Shown piece by piece: positions 1 to 10,512 of a stretch of DNA of 64,000 nucleotides (position 1 is its first letter; the number at the start of each line of letters is the position of its first letter). Source of the DNA: a bacterium (GTDB lineage: Bacteria; Zhuqueibacterota; Zhuqueibacteria; Residuimicrobiales; Krinioviventaceae); the NCBI GenBank assembly GCA_963675755.2, contig CAXXMD010000001.1, forward strand, positions 224,001 through 288,000. The letters run 5' to 3'. The notes below the pieces were generated by a model, which made no database searches, was not told where the DNA came from, and saw only the letters and a list, made by a program, of their open reading frames with translations. A program made the position numbers and the translations under genes.

Positions 1-1
1 A

Positions 2-1333
2 ATAACTACAGAGCTAGAGTTGAATCCTCTCTTGGAAATTGATGCAGAACAAGAGATGGAACAAGAATTGGATGAGATAGATCGTGATACAGATAATGAG
101 AATGATGAAGAAGATGATGAACCTTTAAAAGAGGTCGAGGTGGAAAATGATAAAGATACTGAGGACATTGATTGGGATGAGATCCTGAACGATGAAGACA
201 GTTATGAAGTACATTTTCCCAAAGAAAAGGATTCTGAAGAATTCGAGAGACCTGAGGTTTATCGTGAAACACTGACCGATCACTTGATTAGTCAGTTGAA
301 TATGTCAACTTTGGAACCAGCAGAAATAACTATTGGTGAATACATTATCTGGAACATTAATAATGTAGGGTATCTGACAATAGATGTTGAAACCATTGCA
401 GAAAATTTAGAAGAGGATGTGGATACTATTGATCACATTCTAAGTACCATTCAATCATTTGATCCTCCGGGGATTGGTGCAAGAAATTTGCAGGAATGTT
501 TACTGATTCAATTATACCAGCAAAGACCCCAACACGAACTTGCTATTATGGCAGTACGTGATAATTTTGATGATTTTAAAAACAAACGCTATGAAAAACT
601 GGCAAAAATGTTAGAGATTGATCTTGATGAAGTCAAAGACATTATTGATCATATCATTAAACTGAATCCCAAGCCCGGTGAAGGTTATCTGACTTTTGAA
701 AACCATTATATCGTTCCGGATTTGGAAGTAAAAAAAGAAGATGATGAATTTAAAATATCGATGCATGACTGGAACATTCCCCATCTTCGTATTAATAATG
801 AATATCGTAAAATGATGCTTGACCGAAAAAAGTCAAATAAGGAAACCCGAGATTTTATAAGACAACGTTTGGAATCTGCCCGTTGGTTAATTAATTCCAT
901 ACACCAGCGTCGTATGACTATAATACGTACTGTTGAAGCCATAATTGAAAAGCAGCATGATTTTTTTGAATTTGGTCCAGAATACTTGAAGCCCATGATA
1001 TTGAAAGATATTGCTGAAGAAATTAGTATGGATATTTCTACAATCAGCCGTGTTACAAATGGAAAATATTTGCAAACAGAGTGGGGCGTATTTGAATTGA
1101 AATCCTTTTTCAGTGAAAAATATACCACTGATGATGGAGAAGATGTTTCAAATAAAAAGATCAAAGCCTTTATTAAAAATATTGTGGACAAAGAACCACC
1201 CAACAAGCCTTATAATGATCAAAAGATTTCAGAAATGCTGAAAAAAGAAGGCTTTCCGGTTGCCAGACGAACTGTTGCTAAATACAGAGAACAGATGTCA
1301 ATTCCTGTTTCTCGGTTGCGCCGTAAAATTTAA
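2..1333 (+). CDS. rpoN: RNA polymerase sigma-54 factor (5' end outside window)
   Basis: RpoN box ARRTVAKYRE, HTH DISTISRV, PPGIGARNLQECL; frame is open from position 2 (ITTELELNPLLE). Confidence 0.97.
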   Translation: MTTELELNPLLEIDAEQEMEQELDEIDRDTDNENDEEDDEPLKEVEVENDKDTEDIDWDEILNDEDSYEVHFPKEKDSEEFERPEVYRETLTDHLISQLNMSTLEPAEITIGEYIIWNINNVGYLTIDVETIAENLEEDVDTIDHILSTIQSFDPPGIGARNLQECLLIQLYQQRPQHELAIMAVRDNFDDFKNKRYEKLAKMLEIDLDEVKDIIDHIIKLNPKPGEGYLTFENHYIVPDLEVKKEDDEFKISMHDWNIPHLRINNEYRKMMLDRKKSNKETRDFIRQRLESARWLINSIHQRRMTIIRTVEAIIEKQHDFFEFGPEYLKPMILKDIAEEISMDISTISRVTNGKYLQTEWGVFELKSFFSEKYTTDDGEDVSNKKIKAFIKNIVDKEPPNKPYNDQKISEMLKKEGFPVARRTVAKYREQMSIPVSRLRRKI

Positions 1334-1345
1334 TTCAAGGAACTT

Positions 1346-1891
1346 ATGCATAATCCACAACAAATTTACGCAACAACAGTCATCGGGCTTATTCACAAAA
1401 ATAAAGCCGTATTGGCGGGAGATGGACAGGTTACCTATGGTGATCTGGTTTTAAAAGCCAATGCACGCAAAGTGCGAAGACTGTATAATGATCAGATATT
1501 AGCGGGTTTTGCCGGTGCGGCCGCAGATGCCTTTACCCTTTTTGAACGCTTTGAAGCACGTCTTGAAGAGTATAACGGTAACCTCGGACGTTCAGCGGTA
1601 GAACTTGCCAAAGATTGGCGTGCTGACAGATATTTACGTCGTCTTGATGCACAACTTGCAGTATTAGATAAAGAACGTATATTTTTAATTTCTGGAACTG
1701 GTGACGTGATTGAACCGGATGATAATATAATAGCAATTGGTTCAGGTGGACCTTTCGCCCTTGTTGCCGCAAGAGCTCTGCTTTCGCATTCTAAACTTGA
1801 TGCGGTCCAAATTGCCAAAGAATCTATGGAACTTACCGCACAGGTTTGCATTTATACAAATAATAATCTCACCATTGAAGTGCTGGATTAA
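1346..1891 (+). CDS. hslV: ATP-dependent protease peptidase subunit
   Basis: N-terminal ATTVI nucleophile, [26 protein letters not shown]; upstream of hslU. Confidence 0.96.
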   Translation: MHNPQQIYATTVIGLIHKNKAVLAGDGQVTYGDLVLKANARKVRRLYNDQILAGFAGAAADAFTLFERFEARLEEYNGNLGRSAVELAKDWRADRYLRRLDAQLAVLDKERIFLISGTGDVIEPDDNIIAIGSGGPFALVAARALLSHSKLDAVQIAKESMELTAQVCIYTNNNLTIEVLD

Positions 1892-1942
1892 TTATACGTT
1901 CCCATAACATTATTTGTATTCTTACGGGAAACTACATTGCAT

Positions 1943-3280
1943 ATGACTCCTAATGAAATTGTTAAAAAGCTTGATAAATATATTATTGGTCAAGATGATG
2001 CTAAAAAATCTGTTGCCATTGCGTTAAGAAATCGTTGGCGCAGACAACAGGTACCTGAGGAATTGCGTCAAGAGATCATGCCCAATAATATTATCCTTAT
2101 TGGACCTACAGGGGTAGGAAAAACCGAATTGGCCCGTCGTTTGGCAAAATTAGACAATGCTCCCTTTATCAAGGTAGAGGCCTCAAAATTTACCGAGGTG
2201 GGATATGTTGGCCGGGATGTTGAGTCTATCATTCGTGATCTGGTAGACCTTGCCGTCAGTATGGTAAGAAGTGAATATACTGAAAAAGTACAGGAAAAAG
2301 CTTATGAAATGGCTCTTGATAGAATGGTAGAAATTCTTTTACCCGCTCCGGATGCTCTTGATCTGAATATTGATCTGGCAGATATTGATCCTGTTAAAGA
2401 AGATCTGGAAATGCAGGACAAACTTTATAATCAGCTGATCAATGGTGAACTTGATGACAAGATTATAGAACTTGAAACTCAGAGTGATGCTTCACCCTTG
2501 ATGCAGATTATTTCTCCCATTGGTATTGAAGAAATGGGATTAAATATTCAAGACTTGTTGGGTCCCATGATGCCGCAAAAGACCCAAAAGCGTAAAGTTA
2601 AAGTTTATGAAGCCCTGGTTCATTTGCAGCAGGAAGAGGCAAGTAAACTGATTGATATGGAAGAAGTTATCCGGGATGCTATTTTCAGGGTGGAAGAAAC
2701 GGGTATAGTATTTCTGGATGAAATTGATAAAATCGCCGAAGATGAAGACGGTGGCCCTGATGTTTCGCGAGAAGGTGTACAAAGAGATTTGCTTCCGGTT
2801 ATTGAAGGCACAAATGTTATTACAAAATATGGTATGGTAAAATCAGACCATATTTTGTTTATCGCTTCTGGTGCTTTCCATGTATCAAAACCATCTGATC
2901 TGATACCCGAATTGCAGGGACGTTTTCCCATTCGTGTTGAACTCAACAGTTTGACAGCCGATGACTTTGAACGAATATTAACAGAGCCCAATAATGCTTT
3001 GATTAAGCAATATACAGCATTAATTGCAACTGAAAATGTTAAAATAAAATTTACCCGAGGTGCCATTAAGGAAATTGCCAGAATTGCTTTTGAAGTTAAT
3101 ATGGAAGCTGAGAATATTGGGGCACGCCGGTTACATACTGTAATGAGCTTGTTGTTGGAAGATTGCTTGTTTGACTTGCCCAACGCTGATATTAAACTCA
3201 TTAATGTGGACAAGAAAATGGTACAGGGAAAACTTGAAAAAGTTATTCTAAATGAAGATTTAAGCCAATACATTTTGTAA
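1943..3280 (+). CDS. hslU: ATP-dependent protease ATPase subunit
   Basis: GPTGVGKTE Walker [39 protein letters not shown]; ATG at 1943 preferred over TTG at 1937. Confidence 0.97.
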   Translation: MTPNEIVKKLDKYIIGQDDAKKSVAIALRNRWRRQQVPEELRQEIMPNNIILIGPTGVGKTELARRLAKLDNAPFIKVEASKFTEVGYVGRDVESIIRDLVDLAVSMVRSEYTEKVQEKAYEMALDRMVEILLPAPDALDLNIDLADIDPVKEDLEMQDKLYNQLINGELDDKIIELETQSDASPLMQIISPIGIEEMGLNIQDLLGPMMPQKTQKRKVKVYEALVHLQQEEASKLIDMEEVIRDAIFRVEETGIVFLDEIDKIAEDEDGGPDVSREGVQRDLLPVIEGTNVITKYGMVKSDHILFIASGAFHVSKPSDLIPELQGRFPIRVELNSLTADDFERILTEPNNALIKQYTALIATENVKIKFTRGAIKEIARIAFEVNMEAENIGARRLHTVMSLLLEDCLFDLPNADIKLINVDKKMVQGKLEKVILNEDLSQYIL

Positions 3281-3290
3281 GGGAACTGCC

Positions 3291-4208
3291 ATGAAAAAAG
3301 ATTTTTTACTGATTACAGATCTTGTTACTGATGAAATTTATGAACTGTTTGATCTTGCAAAAGAACTAAAAGCAAAGACCAAAGCGCGTCAGGAACATCA
3401 TATTTTAAAGGGACAAACATTGGCAATGTTGTTCCAAAAACCTTCAACCCGTACCCGTGTTTCCTTTGAAGTGGGCATGTACCAACTTGGCGGTCATGCA
3501 TTGTATCTTAGTCCTGCAGAAGTTGGTTTAGGCAAGCGTGAATCTGTTGCTGATGTTGCACGTGTTTTGTCACGTTTTAACGATGGCATAATGGCGCGTG
3601 TATTTGGTCATGACATTGTAGACGAATTGGCTGAATATGCCAGTGTTCCTGTGATCAACGGATTGTCTGATCTGGCACATCCCTGTCAAATCTTGGGTGA
3701 TATGCTCACTATTATTGAGCATAAAGGTAAAGCAGAGAACCTGAAAATCGCTTATATTGGTGATGGTAATAATGTTACCAATTCCTGGATTAATTTAGCT
3801 TCAAGAATTCCTATGCAATTGTACGTAGGCTGTCCTGAAGGTTATGAACCTAATGTGGATCTGGTTAATGCTTCAAAAGCTAAAGGCTTGAGTGAAATTG
3901 TGGTAACCAATGATCCGGTTAAAGCAGTTGAAAAAGCAGATGTTGTATATACAGATGTTTGGGCTAGTATGGGCCAGGAAGAAGAAGCCGAAGCACGTAA
4001 AAAGATATTTAAGCCTTTTCAGGTAAACACAGATCTGGTGTCTCATGCTGCTGATGATTCTCTGGTATTGCATTGTTTGCCTGCACACAGGGGTGATGAA
4101 ATTACTGATGACATAATGGATGGATCGCACTCGGTTGTTTTTGATGAAGCTGAAAATAGACTGCATATCCAAAAAGCCATTATGGTTCAACTGATGAAAG
4201 ATAAATAA
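3291..4208 (+). CDS. argF: Ornithine carbamoyltransferase
   Basis: PSTRTR, HPCQ, DVWASMG, HCLPA, AENRLH motifs. Confidence 0.95.
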   Translation: MKKDFLLITDLVTDEIYELFDLAKELKAKTKARQEHHILKGQTLAMLFQKPSTRTRVSFEVGMYQLGGHALYLSPAEVGLGKRESVADVARVLSRFNDGIMARVFGHDIVDELAEYASVPVINGLSDLAHPCQILGDMLTIIEHKGKAENLKIAYIGDGNNVTNSWINLASRIPMQLYVGCPEGYEPNVDLVNASKAKGLSEIVVTNDPVKAVEKADVVYTDVWASMGQEEEAEARKKIFKPFQVNTDLVSHAADDSLVLHCLPAHRGDEITDDIMDGSHSVVFDEAENRLHIQKAIMVQLMKDK

Positions 4209-4219
4209 GGGGATCCGTT

Positions 4220-5197
4220 TTGGCACTGGAAATTGTTCGCTATACACAGTCGGATAGGGAAGCGTGGGAAGAATTTGCATGGTCTTCAAACAATGGTACC
4301 ATTTTTCATACACGCCAGTTTTTATCTTATCATCCCAAAGACAGGTTTGTTGATTATTCTTTGGTTTTTTTCAAAGAAGGTAAACGAATTGCTCAATTGC
4401 CTGCCGTAGATTTTAAAGAGGGTGATAAACGTATTTTAATTTCTCATCGCGGTGCGTCTTATGGTGGATTTATTTGCAAAGATACTTTGTCTATCAAAGA
4501 TTCCTTTACCATGGTCAAGGCACTTGTTGATTATCTAAAGTCAGAAAAATTTGACGGCATAGATATTACCCCCGTTCCCCAGGTCTATATGAGAAGACCC
4601 AGCAATTATATTGATTTTGCCATGGTTCAAAATGGCTTTACTTACCGCAAACGGGAAATCTCGAGCGTTATACCCCTGGATTTTAGTAGAGACCAGATTT
4701 TATCTACCTTTAATGAAGGCTCAAGACGTGCTGTCAGAAGAGCCTGGAAACAGGGAACTGTTGTTAGAGAATCTGATGATTATGCGGCATTTTATAAAAT
4801 TCTGGAAAAGAATTTAAGATTACGTCACAATGTTTCGCCTACTCATACTTTGCAGGAATTGGAATTATTGAAATCCATGTTTCCTCAAAGAATTAAGCTT
4901 TTTGCCGCATTCCATGATGATATTATGGTTGCAGGCGTTGTAATGTTTATCTGTAATCCCCAGGTTGTTCTTGCGTTTTACATTAGCCATAATGAAGATT
5001 ATCAGCAGTACAGAGGAGTGAATTTGCTGTTTCATGATATCATCCAATGGGGTATAGCAGAAAAATACAACTTTTTGGATTATGGTATTTTTACTGTAAA
5101 TGAAGATCCCAATTGGGGCCTGGCGCGTTTTAAAGAGAGTTTTGGTGCCCAGGGTGTGTTTAGAGACAGTTTACGATTGATGCTGAGTGATTCTTAA
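4220..5197 (+). CDS. FemAB-like / GNAT acyltransferase
   Basis: SHRGASYGG, FLDYG...GLARFKESFGA C-terminal motif typical of FemAB-related GNAT proteins in polysaccharide loci. Confidence 0.75.
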   Translation: MALEIVRYTQSDREAWEEFAWSSNNGTIFHTRQFLSYHPKDRFVDYSLVFFKEGKRIAQLPAVDFKEGDKRILISHRGASYGGFICKDTLSIKDSFTMVKALVDYLKSEKFDGIDITPVPQVYMRRPSNYIDFAMVQNGFTYRKREISSVIPLDFSRDQILSTFNEGSRRAVRRAWKQGTVVRESDDYAAFYKILEKNLRLRHNVSPTHTLQELELLKSMFPQRIKLFAAFHDDIMVAGVVMFICNPQVVLAFYISHNEDYQQYRGVNLLFHDIIQWGIAEKYNFLDYGIFTVNEDPNWGLARFKESFGAQGVFRDSLRLMLSDS

Positions 5198-5199
5198 AG

Positions 5200-6276
5200 A
5201 TGGCTGTTACAAAAATTTTACATATTGCTCCTTCTAATACCTCGGGCGTTCCCGGCCAACTTGTGCTGACTGAAAGGCGTATGGGATATGACAGCAGGCT
5301 GGTAACGCTATTTCATGATAAACGCAAGTATTATGAAGATATTTGCCTGCATCTGCCGTTTATTGATTTCTGGGGAACCAAACTATTAAAAAAAATTGTA
5401 TCCAATCCCGATAAAATTGTTGTTGATAATGTTTTAAAGATTCCAGATCAAATACCTGTTCAATGGAAACCCCATTCTCTGGCAGAAAAGGCATTGACAA
5501 GTATACGTGATATGCTTTGGAAGACCAAAATTGAATCCACTATTAAAAAATACAATCTTTTAGATTTTGATGTTGTTCAACTGGATGGCGGATTGGGATT
5601 TTATAGGCATTCCGGATTTGTTAAAAAAATGAAAGCAAATGGTAAAAAAATTATTTGCTTATATACCGGCAGTGATTTGCGTACACGGGGAGTGATTCCT
5701 GCTGTAGAGAAAATTTCAGACTATAATTTTACAGTTGAATATGACCACATGCAACTGCATCCAAATATAAAACATGTATTTTTCCCGTTTGATGCAGGGC
5801 AGTTTAAAACTAACCGACCGAAAAATACCAGGATTCGCGTTGGGCATGCTCCTACAAATCGCAGGGCAAAAGGCAGCGATATTATTGTACCCATTCTTCG
5901 CAAGTTGGCTTATTCTCATAATATTGAACCGGTCATTATTCAAAATTTACCCTATACTTTTGCAATGGAAACCAAGCAGACTTGTGATATTTTCATAGAT
6001 CAAATTGGTGATCTTGGGTATGGTATCAACTCTCTTGAAGCATTGGCGATGGGTATTCCCTGTTGTTCTTGTCTCGCAAAAGGTTTTGCGGAAACGTATC
6101 CTGACCATCCGTTTGTAGAAATAGATGCTGATAATCTTGAAGAAAAGCTGATTGACTTGATAAATGATACAGAAAAGCGTACTGAGCTTGGCATTAAAGG
6201 GCGTGAATGGGTAGAGAAATATCATGATGCTAAAAATATTGTAAAGCAGATCCATGAAATTGCCGGAATTGATTGA
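5200..6276 (+). CDS. GT-B fold glycosyltransferase (GT4-like)
   Basis: HAPTNRRAKGS, DQIGDLGYGINSLEALAMG. Confidence 0.8.
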   Translation: MAVTKILHIAPSNTSGVPGQLVLTERRMGYDSRLVTLFHDKRKYYEDICLHLPFIDFWGTKLLKKIVSNPDKIVVDNVLKIPDQIPVQWKPHSLAEKALTSIRDMLWKTKIESTIKKYNLLDFDVVQLDGGLGFYRHSGFVKKMKANGKKIICLYTGSDLRTRGVIPAVEKISDYNFTVEYDHMQLHPNIKHVFFPFDAGQFKTNRPKNTRIRVGHAPTNRRAKGSDIIVPILRKLAYSHNIEPVIIQNLPYTFAMETKQTCDIFIDQIGDLGYGINSLEALAMGIPCCSCLAKGFAETYPDHPFVEIDADNLEEKLIDLINDTEKRTELGIKGREWVEKYHDAKNIVKQIHEIAGID

Positions 6277-7376
6277 TTATGAATATCCTTTTTGTTAACA
6301 GTATACAAATGTTTGGTGGCGGGGAAATGTGGATGCTTCGTACTTTGAACGGTTTGCGTAAGAGAGGACATAACGTTCATTTAATTTGCAGACCGGGTAC
6401 CGAGCTGGAAAAACGAGCTCTTGAACAAGAAATTCCTGTCTATAGTTTCAAGATCAGGGGAGATTTTGGCCCTATTTCTATATTCAGGACCTGGAGATAT
6501 ATCAAACGTAATAATATAGATGTAATGCTTGCGAATATGGATAAAGAATTGAGATTCGCAGGAACAGCGGCTAAATTGGCAGGTAATTGTGCCGTAATAC
6601 CCAGACGCGGTAGTGATTATCCTTTAAAAGATAAAATACAATATAAATTTTCATATTTAACACTTGCTGACCTGGTGATTGCCAATTCGGATGCAACCAA
6701 GCAAACTCTTTTGCGCAATGCTCCCTGGTTACCGGGAAAAAAGATCCATATCCTTTATAATGGTATTGATCCACAAAATTTCATGATACCAGCAGAGACA
6801 GATCTTCGTGAAGAATGGAACATTCCCCGGGATGAGTTTGTCTTTGGATTTGTAGGGCAACTTGTAAAGCGTAAAGGTTTTGATACAATATTACCGGCAT
6901 TTGCCGAGCTTGCCCGAGAACGCCAGGTTCACCTGGTTCTGGTTGGTGAAGGCGAATTGCAGCAGGATATAGATAATTTTATAAAATCAAATGGATTGGA
7001 AAACAAACTCCATCGGGTTGGATTTCGTAAAGATGTTGAAAATGTTATGAAAGCTATTGATTGCCTTCTTTTACCATCCATACTTGAAGGCTTTGGTATT
7101 GTTTTGATTGAAGCAATGGCTGCGGGCAAACCTGCTATTACAACAAATGTTAGTTCTATGCCTGAAATTGTAGTACATGAGCAAACAGGTCTTGTGTTGT
7201 CGGTAAATGATAAAGAGGCCTTGCTGGAAGGTATGGAATATCTTTATGACAACCCGGATATTGTGAAACAATGGGGAGAAAACGGACGTAATCATGTATT
7301 AAATAAATTTACTTTAGATTTAATGCTTGATCGATTAGAACACCTTTTAAAGCTTGCCATGGAACATAAACAATAA
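6273..7376 (+). CDS. Glycosyltransferase family 4
   Basis: GGGE N-terminal motif, GQLVKRKG, EGFGIVLIEAMAAG. Confidence 0.92.
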   Translation: MIMNILFVNSIQMFGGGEMWMLRTLNGLRKRGHNVHLICRPGTELEKRALEQEIPVYSFKIRGDFGPISIFRTWRYIKRNNIDVMLANMDKELRFAGTAAKLAGNCAVIPRRGSDYPLKDKIQYKFSYLTLADLVIANSDATKQTLLRNAPWLPGKKIHILYNGIDPQNFMIPAETDLREEWNIPRDEFVFGFVGQLVKRKGFDTILPAFAELARERQVHLVLVGEGELQQDIDNFIKSNGLENKLHRVGFRKDVENVMKAIDCLLLPSILEGFGIVLIEAMAAGKPAITTNVSSMPEIVVHEQTGLVLSVNDKEALLEGMEYLYDNPDIVKQWGENGRNHVLNKFTLDLMLDRLEHLLKLAMEHKQ

Positions 7377-8484
7377 GGAAGTAATTTTGAAATTGTGGAG
7401 ACGAATTGAGCGCTTTTTCAAGCATAACCAATTAAGGTTTCTTGAAAAGTGGCTTGGTGTGCCAGAACTTTTACCTGAAAAATTTGAATTTGAAAAGATA
7501 AAAAAAATTATTGTTATACGTCAGCATGACCAGTTGGGTGATTTTTTACTCTCAACCCCCGTTTTTCATGCATTGCGAAATCAGTTTCCTGATGCACATA
7601 TTGCTGTCATGGCCCGAAAATATACTGCTTCACTAATGCAACACAATGAATATGTAGATACAGTAATTACTTTTTATGAACATGGAAAAGACTGGAACTT
7701 GGGGCGAATTACCAAGTTTATAAAATTATTGAGGCGTGGTTACGATCTAGCTATTGTCTTGAATACTGTATCACACTCTTTGACAAGTGATTTAGCCGCA
7801 CGATTATCAGGAGCAAAGTATGTTTTAGGTCCTGAACACCTGACCTTTCAAGGAACAACGCGAAACTTTTTTTATCATTTTAATGCCCCCTATATTAAAC
7901 AGGAAAGAAATCAGAGTTTAAGAAATTTGGATATTCTGAGTTATATTGGGATTCAAGCCGTTGAACCTTATGAGCATATTACCTTGTTGACAGAGGAGAA
8001 AAATGATGCTCGTGAATTATTGCTGCAAAAAGGTTGGGATGGAAAACAAATGTTGATCAGTGTGCATCCCGGAGCCGGAAAACTGATGAATCGGTGGCCA
8101 GTAGAAAATTTTGCTAAAGCCGCACAAGAGTTAGCTGACTATTATGATGCACAATTGCTTATAACATGGGGCCCCAATGAAAAAGAGCTGGGAGAATCAT
8201 TATGTTCGCAATTAAAAGGAAATATTATAACTGCAGTTGATCCGGATATCAGGCGTTTTGCATCAATCCTTTCTTGTTCTGATATGATTTTATGTAATGA
8301 TACGGGTGTGCTACATGTTGCTGCAGCAATCAATTTGCCGCTTGTTGTGGTATTTGGCCCAACAAATCCTGCAGAATGGAAGCCTTTTGGCAAAAAATTT
8401 GTAGCTTTACAAGGAGAAAGAGGCCGCTGTGATGAAATAGGCCCAGAAAAGGTAATTGAGGCTGCAAAAATGCTAATAAATTAA
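7354..8484 (+). CDS. Glycosyltransferase family 9 (LPS heptosyltransferase-like)
   Basis: DQLGDFLL, HPGAGK..RWP, NDTGVLHVAAA, FGPT; true start may be slightly downstream. Confidence 0.9.
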   Translation: MPWNINNKEVILKLWRRIERFFKHNQLRFLEKWLGVPELLPEKFEFEKIKKIIVIRQHDQLGDFLLSTPVFHALRNQFPDAHIAVMARKYTASLMQHNEYVDTVITFYEHGKDWNLGRITKFIKLLRRGYDLAIVLNTVSHSLTSDLAARLSGAKYVLGPEHLTFQGTTRNFFYHFNAPYIKQERNQSLRNLDILSYIGIQAVEPYEHITLLTEEKNDARELLLQKGWDGKQMLISVHPGAGKLMNRWPVENFAKAAQELADYYDAQLLITWGPNEKELGESLCSQLKGNIITAVDPDIRRFASILSCSDMILCNDTGVLHVAAAINLPLVVVFGPTNPAEWKPFGKKFVALQGERGRCDEIGPEKVIEAAKMLIN

Positions 8485-8567
8485 AAAAGTGCTTGTTTTT
8501 TTAATTAAAAAGTTTACAATTAGAAGGCGTTATTAAATAACAGTATTATTTGTACTATAAAAAATTC

Positions 8568-8612
8568 TTGCATTATTAGTTTCCATGTTGTATTTTTCGC
8601 CGCGGCGAAAAA
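8568..8612 (+). promoter_or_regulatory. sigma70-like promoter overlapped by a perfect 20-bp palindrome
   Basis: TTGCAT-N17-TATTTT (8568-8596); TTTTTCGCCGCGGCGAAAAA at 8593-8612. Confidence 0.5.
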
Positions 8613-8649
8613 CATGGAAAGTTTTGAAATTAACAAAAAAGAGGATACT

Positions 8650-8976
8650 ATGAGTGACAATTCAAACATTATTGATGATTATATTGATGATTCCTTTGAA
8701 AACAACGAATCTGAAGATGAAGAGTCGTTGAATGATGAGGAAGTGATTGATGAAGATTGGGATGAAATTCAAGAAGATGATGATTTGGATGAGATTGAAG
8801 AAGTAAGCGATGATTCCAGTGAGGATTGGGAGGAAGAATACTGGGAAGATGAAGAAGAAGAAGAAGAAGAGGAAGAAGACGATGCCGATTGGGGTGAAGA
8901 TGAAGAGGCATGGGATGATACTAATGATTGGATGGACAGAACACCTTCATGGGAAGGTGATGATGAATGGGACTGA
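8650..8976 (+). CDS. Small, extremely acidic, Trp-rich protein of unknown function
   Basis: GAGGA RBS before ATG at 8650; about 61 of 108 residues are D/E, 8 are W, 1 is R, none is K; same strand as the downstream genes. Confidence 0.7.
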   Translation: MSDNSNIIDDYIDDSFENNESEDEESLNDEEVIDEDWDEIQEDDDLDEIEEVSDDSSEDWEEEYWEDEEEEEEEEEDDADWGEDEEAWDDTNDWMDRTPSWEGDDEWD

Positions 8977-8994
8977 TAGTCCTGTTTTATAAAT

Positions 8995-9450
8995 ATGATA
9001 TCCAATGAGACGGACATTCGTATATATCCTCAACATCCACGTTTAGGAGTGGGCGTTGTCATATTTAAAGATGAACTAGTATTACTCATAAAGCGGGGGA
9101 AAGAGCCCAACAAAGGTATCTGGACAGTACCTGGCGGTCTGGTCCAAATCGGAGAATCTGTTGAACAAGCTGCTCATCGTGAAATATTGGAAGAATGTAA
9201 CATCACTATAAATCTCGCCGGATTGATTGATTATTTTGAGTTTGTTGAAAAAGATGATGAGCAAAAGATAAAATATCATTATGTCGTTCTTGATTTTGCT
9301 GCTGAATATGTATCGGGTAATCTTTTGGCATTAACTGATGCAGAAGATGCGAAATGGGTAAATCCTGACCAGTTGGAAAACTGGGAAATAACAGAAAAAA
9401 CTTTAATGTTGATTAATAAAGCATTATTATCAAAAGCCCGGATGAATTAA
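8995..9450 (+). CDS. NUDIX hydrolase
   Basis: Nudix box GGLVQIGESVEQAAHREILEE. Confidence 0.92.
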   Translation: MISNETDIRIYPQHPRLGVGVVIFKDELVLLIKRGKEPNKGIWTVPGGLVQIGESVEQAAHREILEECNITINLAGLIDYFEFVEKDDEQKIKYHYVVLDFAAEYVSGNLLALTDAEDAKWVNPDQLENWEITEKTLMLINKALLSKARMN

Positions 9451-9467
9451 TAACACCGGGCTTTTTT
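9432..9467 (+). terminator. Intrinsic terminator-like hairpin
   Basis: AAAAGCCCGG...CCGGGCTTTTTT overlapping the NUDIX stop codon. Confidence 0.6.
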
Positions 9468-9476
9468 ATAGGAATT

Positions 9477-10511
9477 ATGGATAATTATAACAAAATACTC
9501 GTAATTAAACTTCGTGCCATTGGTGATGTTTTACTATCAACAATTGTTATAAACAATTTGCGTTCTGCGTTTCCCGAGGCCCAAATAGATTTTTTAACTG
9601 AAAAAGCGGGTTCTAAAATTGTATTGGGCAATCCTGCGTTAGACAAAGTCCACATATTGACAAAGGACAGAAATAAATCTGGTTTTAGAAGATTTATGGA
9701 TGATGTCGCTTTTATCAGAAAAATCCAAAAAGAAAAGTACGATCTGGTTTTTGATTTTTTTGGAAATCCACGAAGTGCGATTCTAACTTTATTGTCTCAA
9801 GCTGATGTTCGTATTGGATATGATTATCGTTTACGGCAGCGTGCTTATAATCGGGTAGTGAAATCAAGAGCAAGTGAAATACATGAAGCACTTTGGCATT
9901 TGGATGCTTTGCAATATTTGGATATTCCTATCATTGATAAAAATTTAAATTTTTTCATCGATGATGTCAGTTTTGAATTTGCAAACCAATTTTGGAAACA
10001 GGAACAATTTGAAAACAAGCATGTTATAGGAATTAATTTTTCCGGAGGTTGGCCTGCAAAGAAATGGCCTGTTGACCGGTTTGCTCAACTTGTAGATAGA
10101 ATTAAAACAGATTATGATACTGAGGTGCTTGTGTTTTGGGGACCGGGAGAAAAAAAAGAAGCTCTTGAACTGGCAGAACTTGCAAATCAAAAGATCTGTT
10201 TGATCCCTGAAACAGATTTGAAACAACTTGGTGCGATTCTGAAAAAGATTGATATGCTGGTGACTACTGATTCAGGCCCCATGCATATAGCCGCATCTGT
10301 GAATACTCCGTGTGTTGCTATTTATGGACCTACCAATTTTCGATTACAGGGACCTTATGGTACCGGGCATGAAATTGTTTATAAAGATAAATTAGACTGT
10401 CTGGGTTGCAACCGATTGGATTGTGAGCATACAACTTGTATGAATGCGCTTACTGTTGATAGAGTTTATGAAAGCGTTAAGAATTGTTTAGTAAGAAACG
10501 GGATTTTTTAA
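9477..10511 (+). CDS. Glycosyltransferase family 9 (LPS heptosyltransferase-like)
   Basis: RAIGDVLL, KKWP, DSGPMHIAA, YGPT, CxxCxxxxC C-terminal Cys cluster. Confidence 0.92.
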   Translation: MDNYNKILVIKLRAIGDVLLSTIVINNLRSAFPEAQIDFLTEKAGSKIVLGNPALDKVHILTKDRNKSGFRRFMDDVAFIRKIQKEKYDLVFDFFGNPRSAILTLLSQADVRIGYDYRLRQRAYNRVVKSRASEIHEALWHLDALQYLDIPIIDKNLNFFIDDVSFEFANQFWKQEQFENKHVIGINFSGGWPAKKWPVDRFAQLVDRIKTDYDTEVLVFWGPGEKKEALELAELANQKICLIPETDLKQLGAILKKIDMLVTTDSGPMHIAASVNTPCVAIYGPTNFRLQGPYGTGHEIVYKDKLDCLGCNRLDCEHTTCMNALTVDRVYESVKNCLVRNGIF

Positions 10512-10512
10512 T

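Noticed and set aside
8840-8885. GAA trinucleotide run as a contingency or CRISPR-like repeat
   Set aside because: In-frame poly-Glu coding; no spacers
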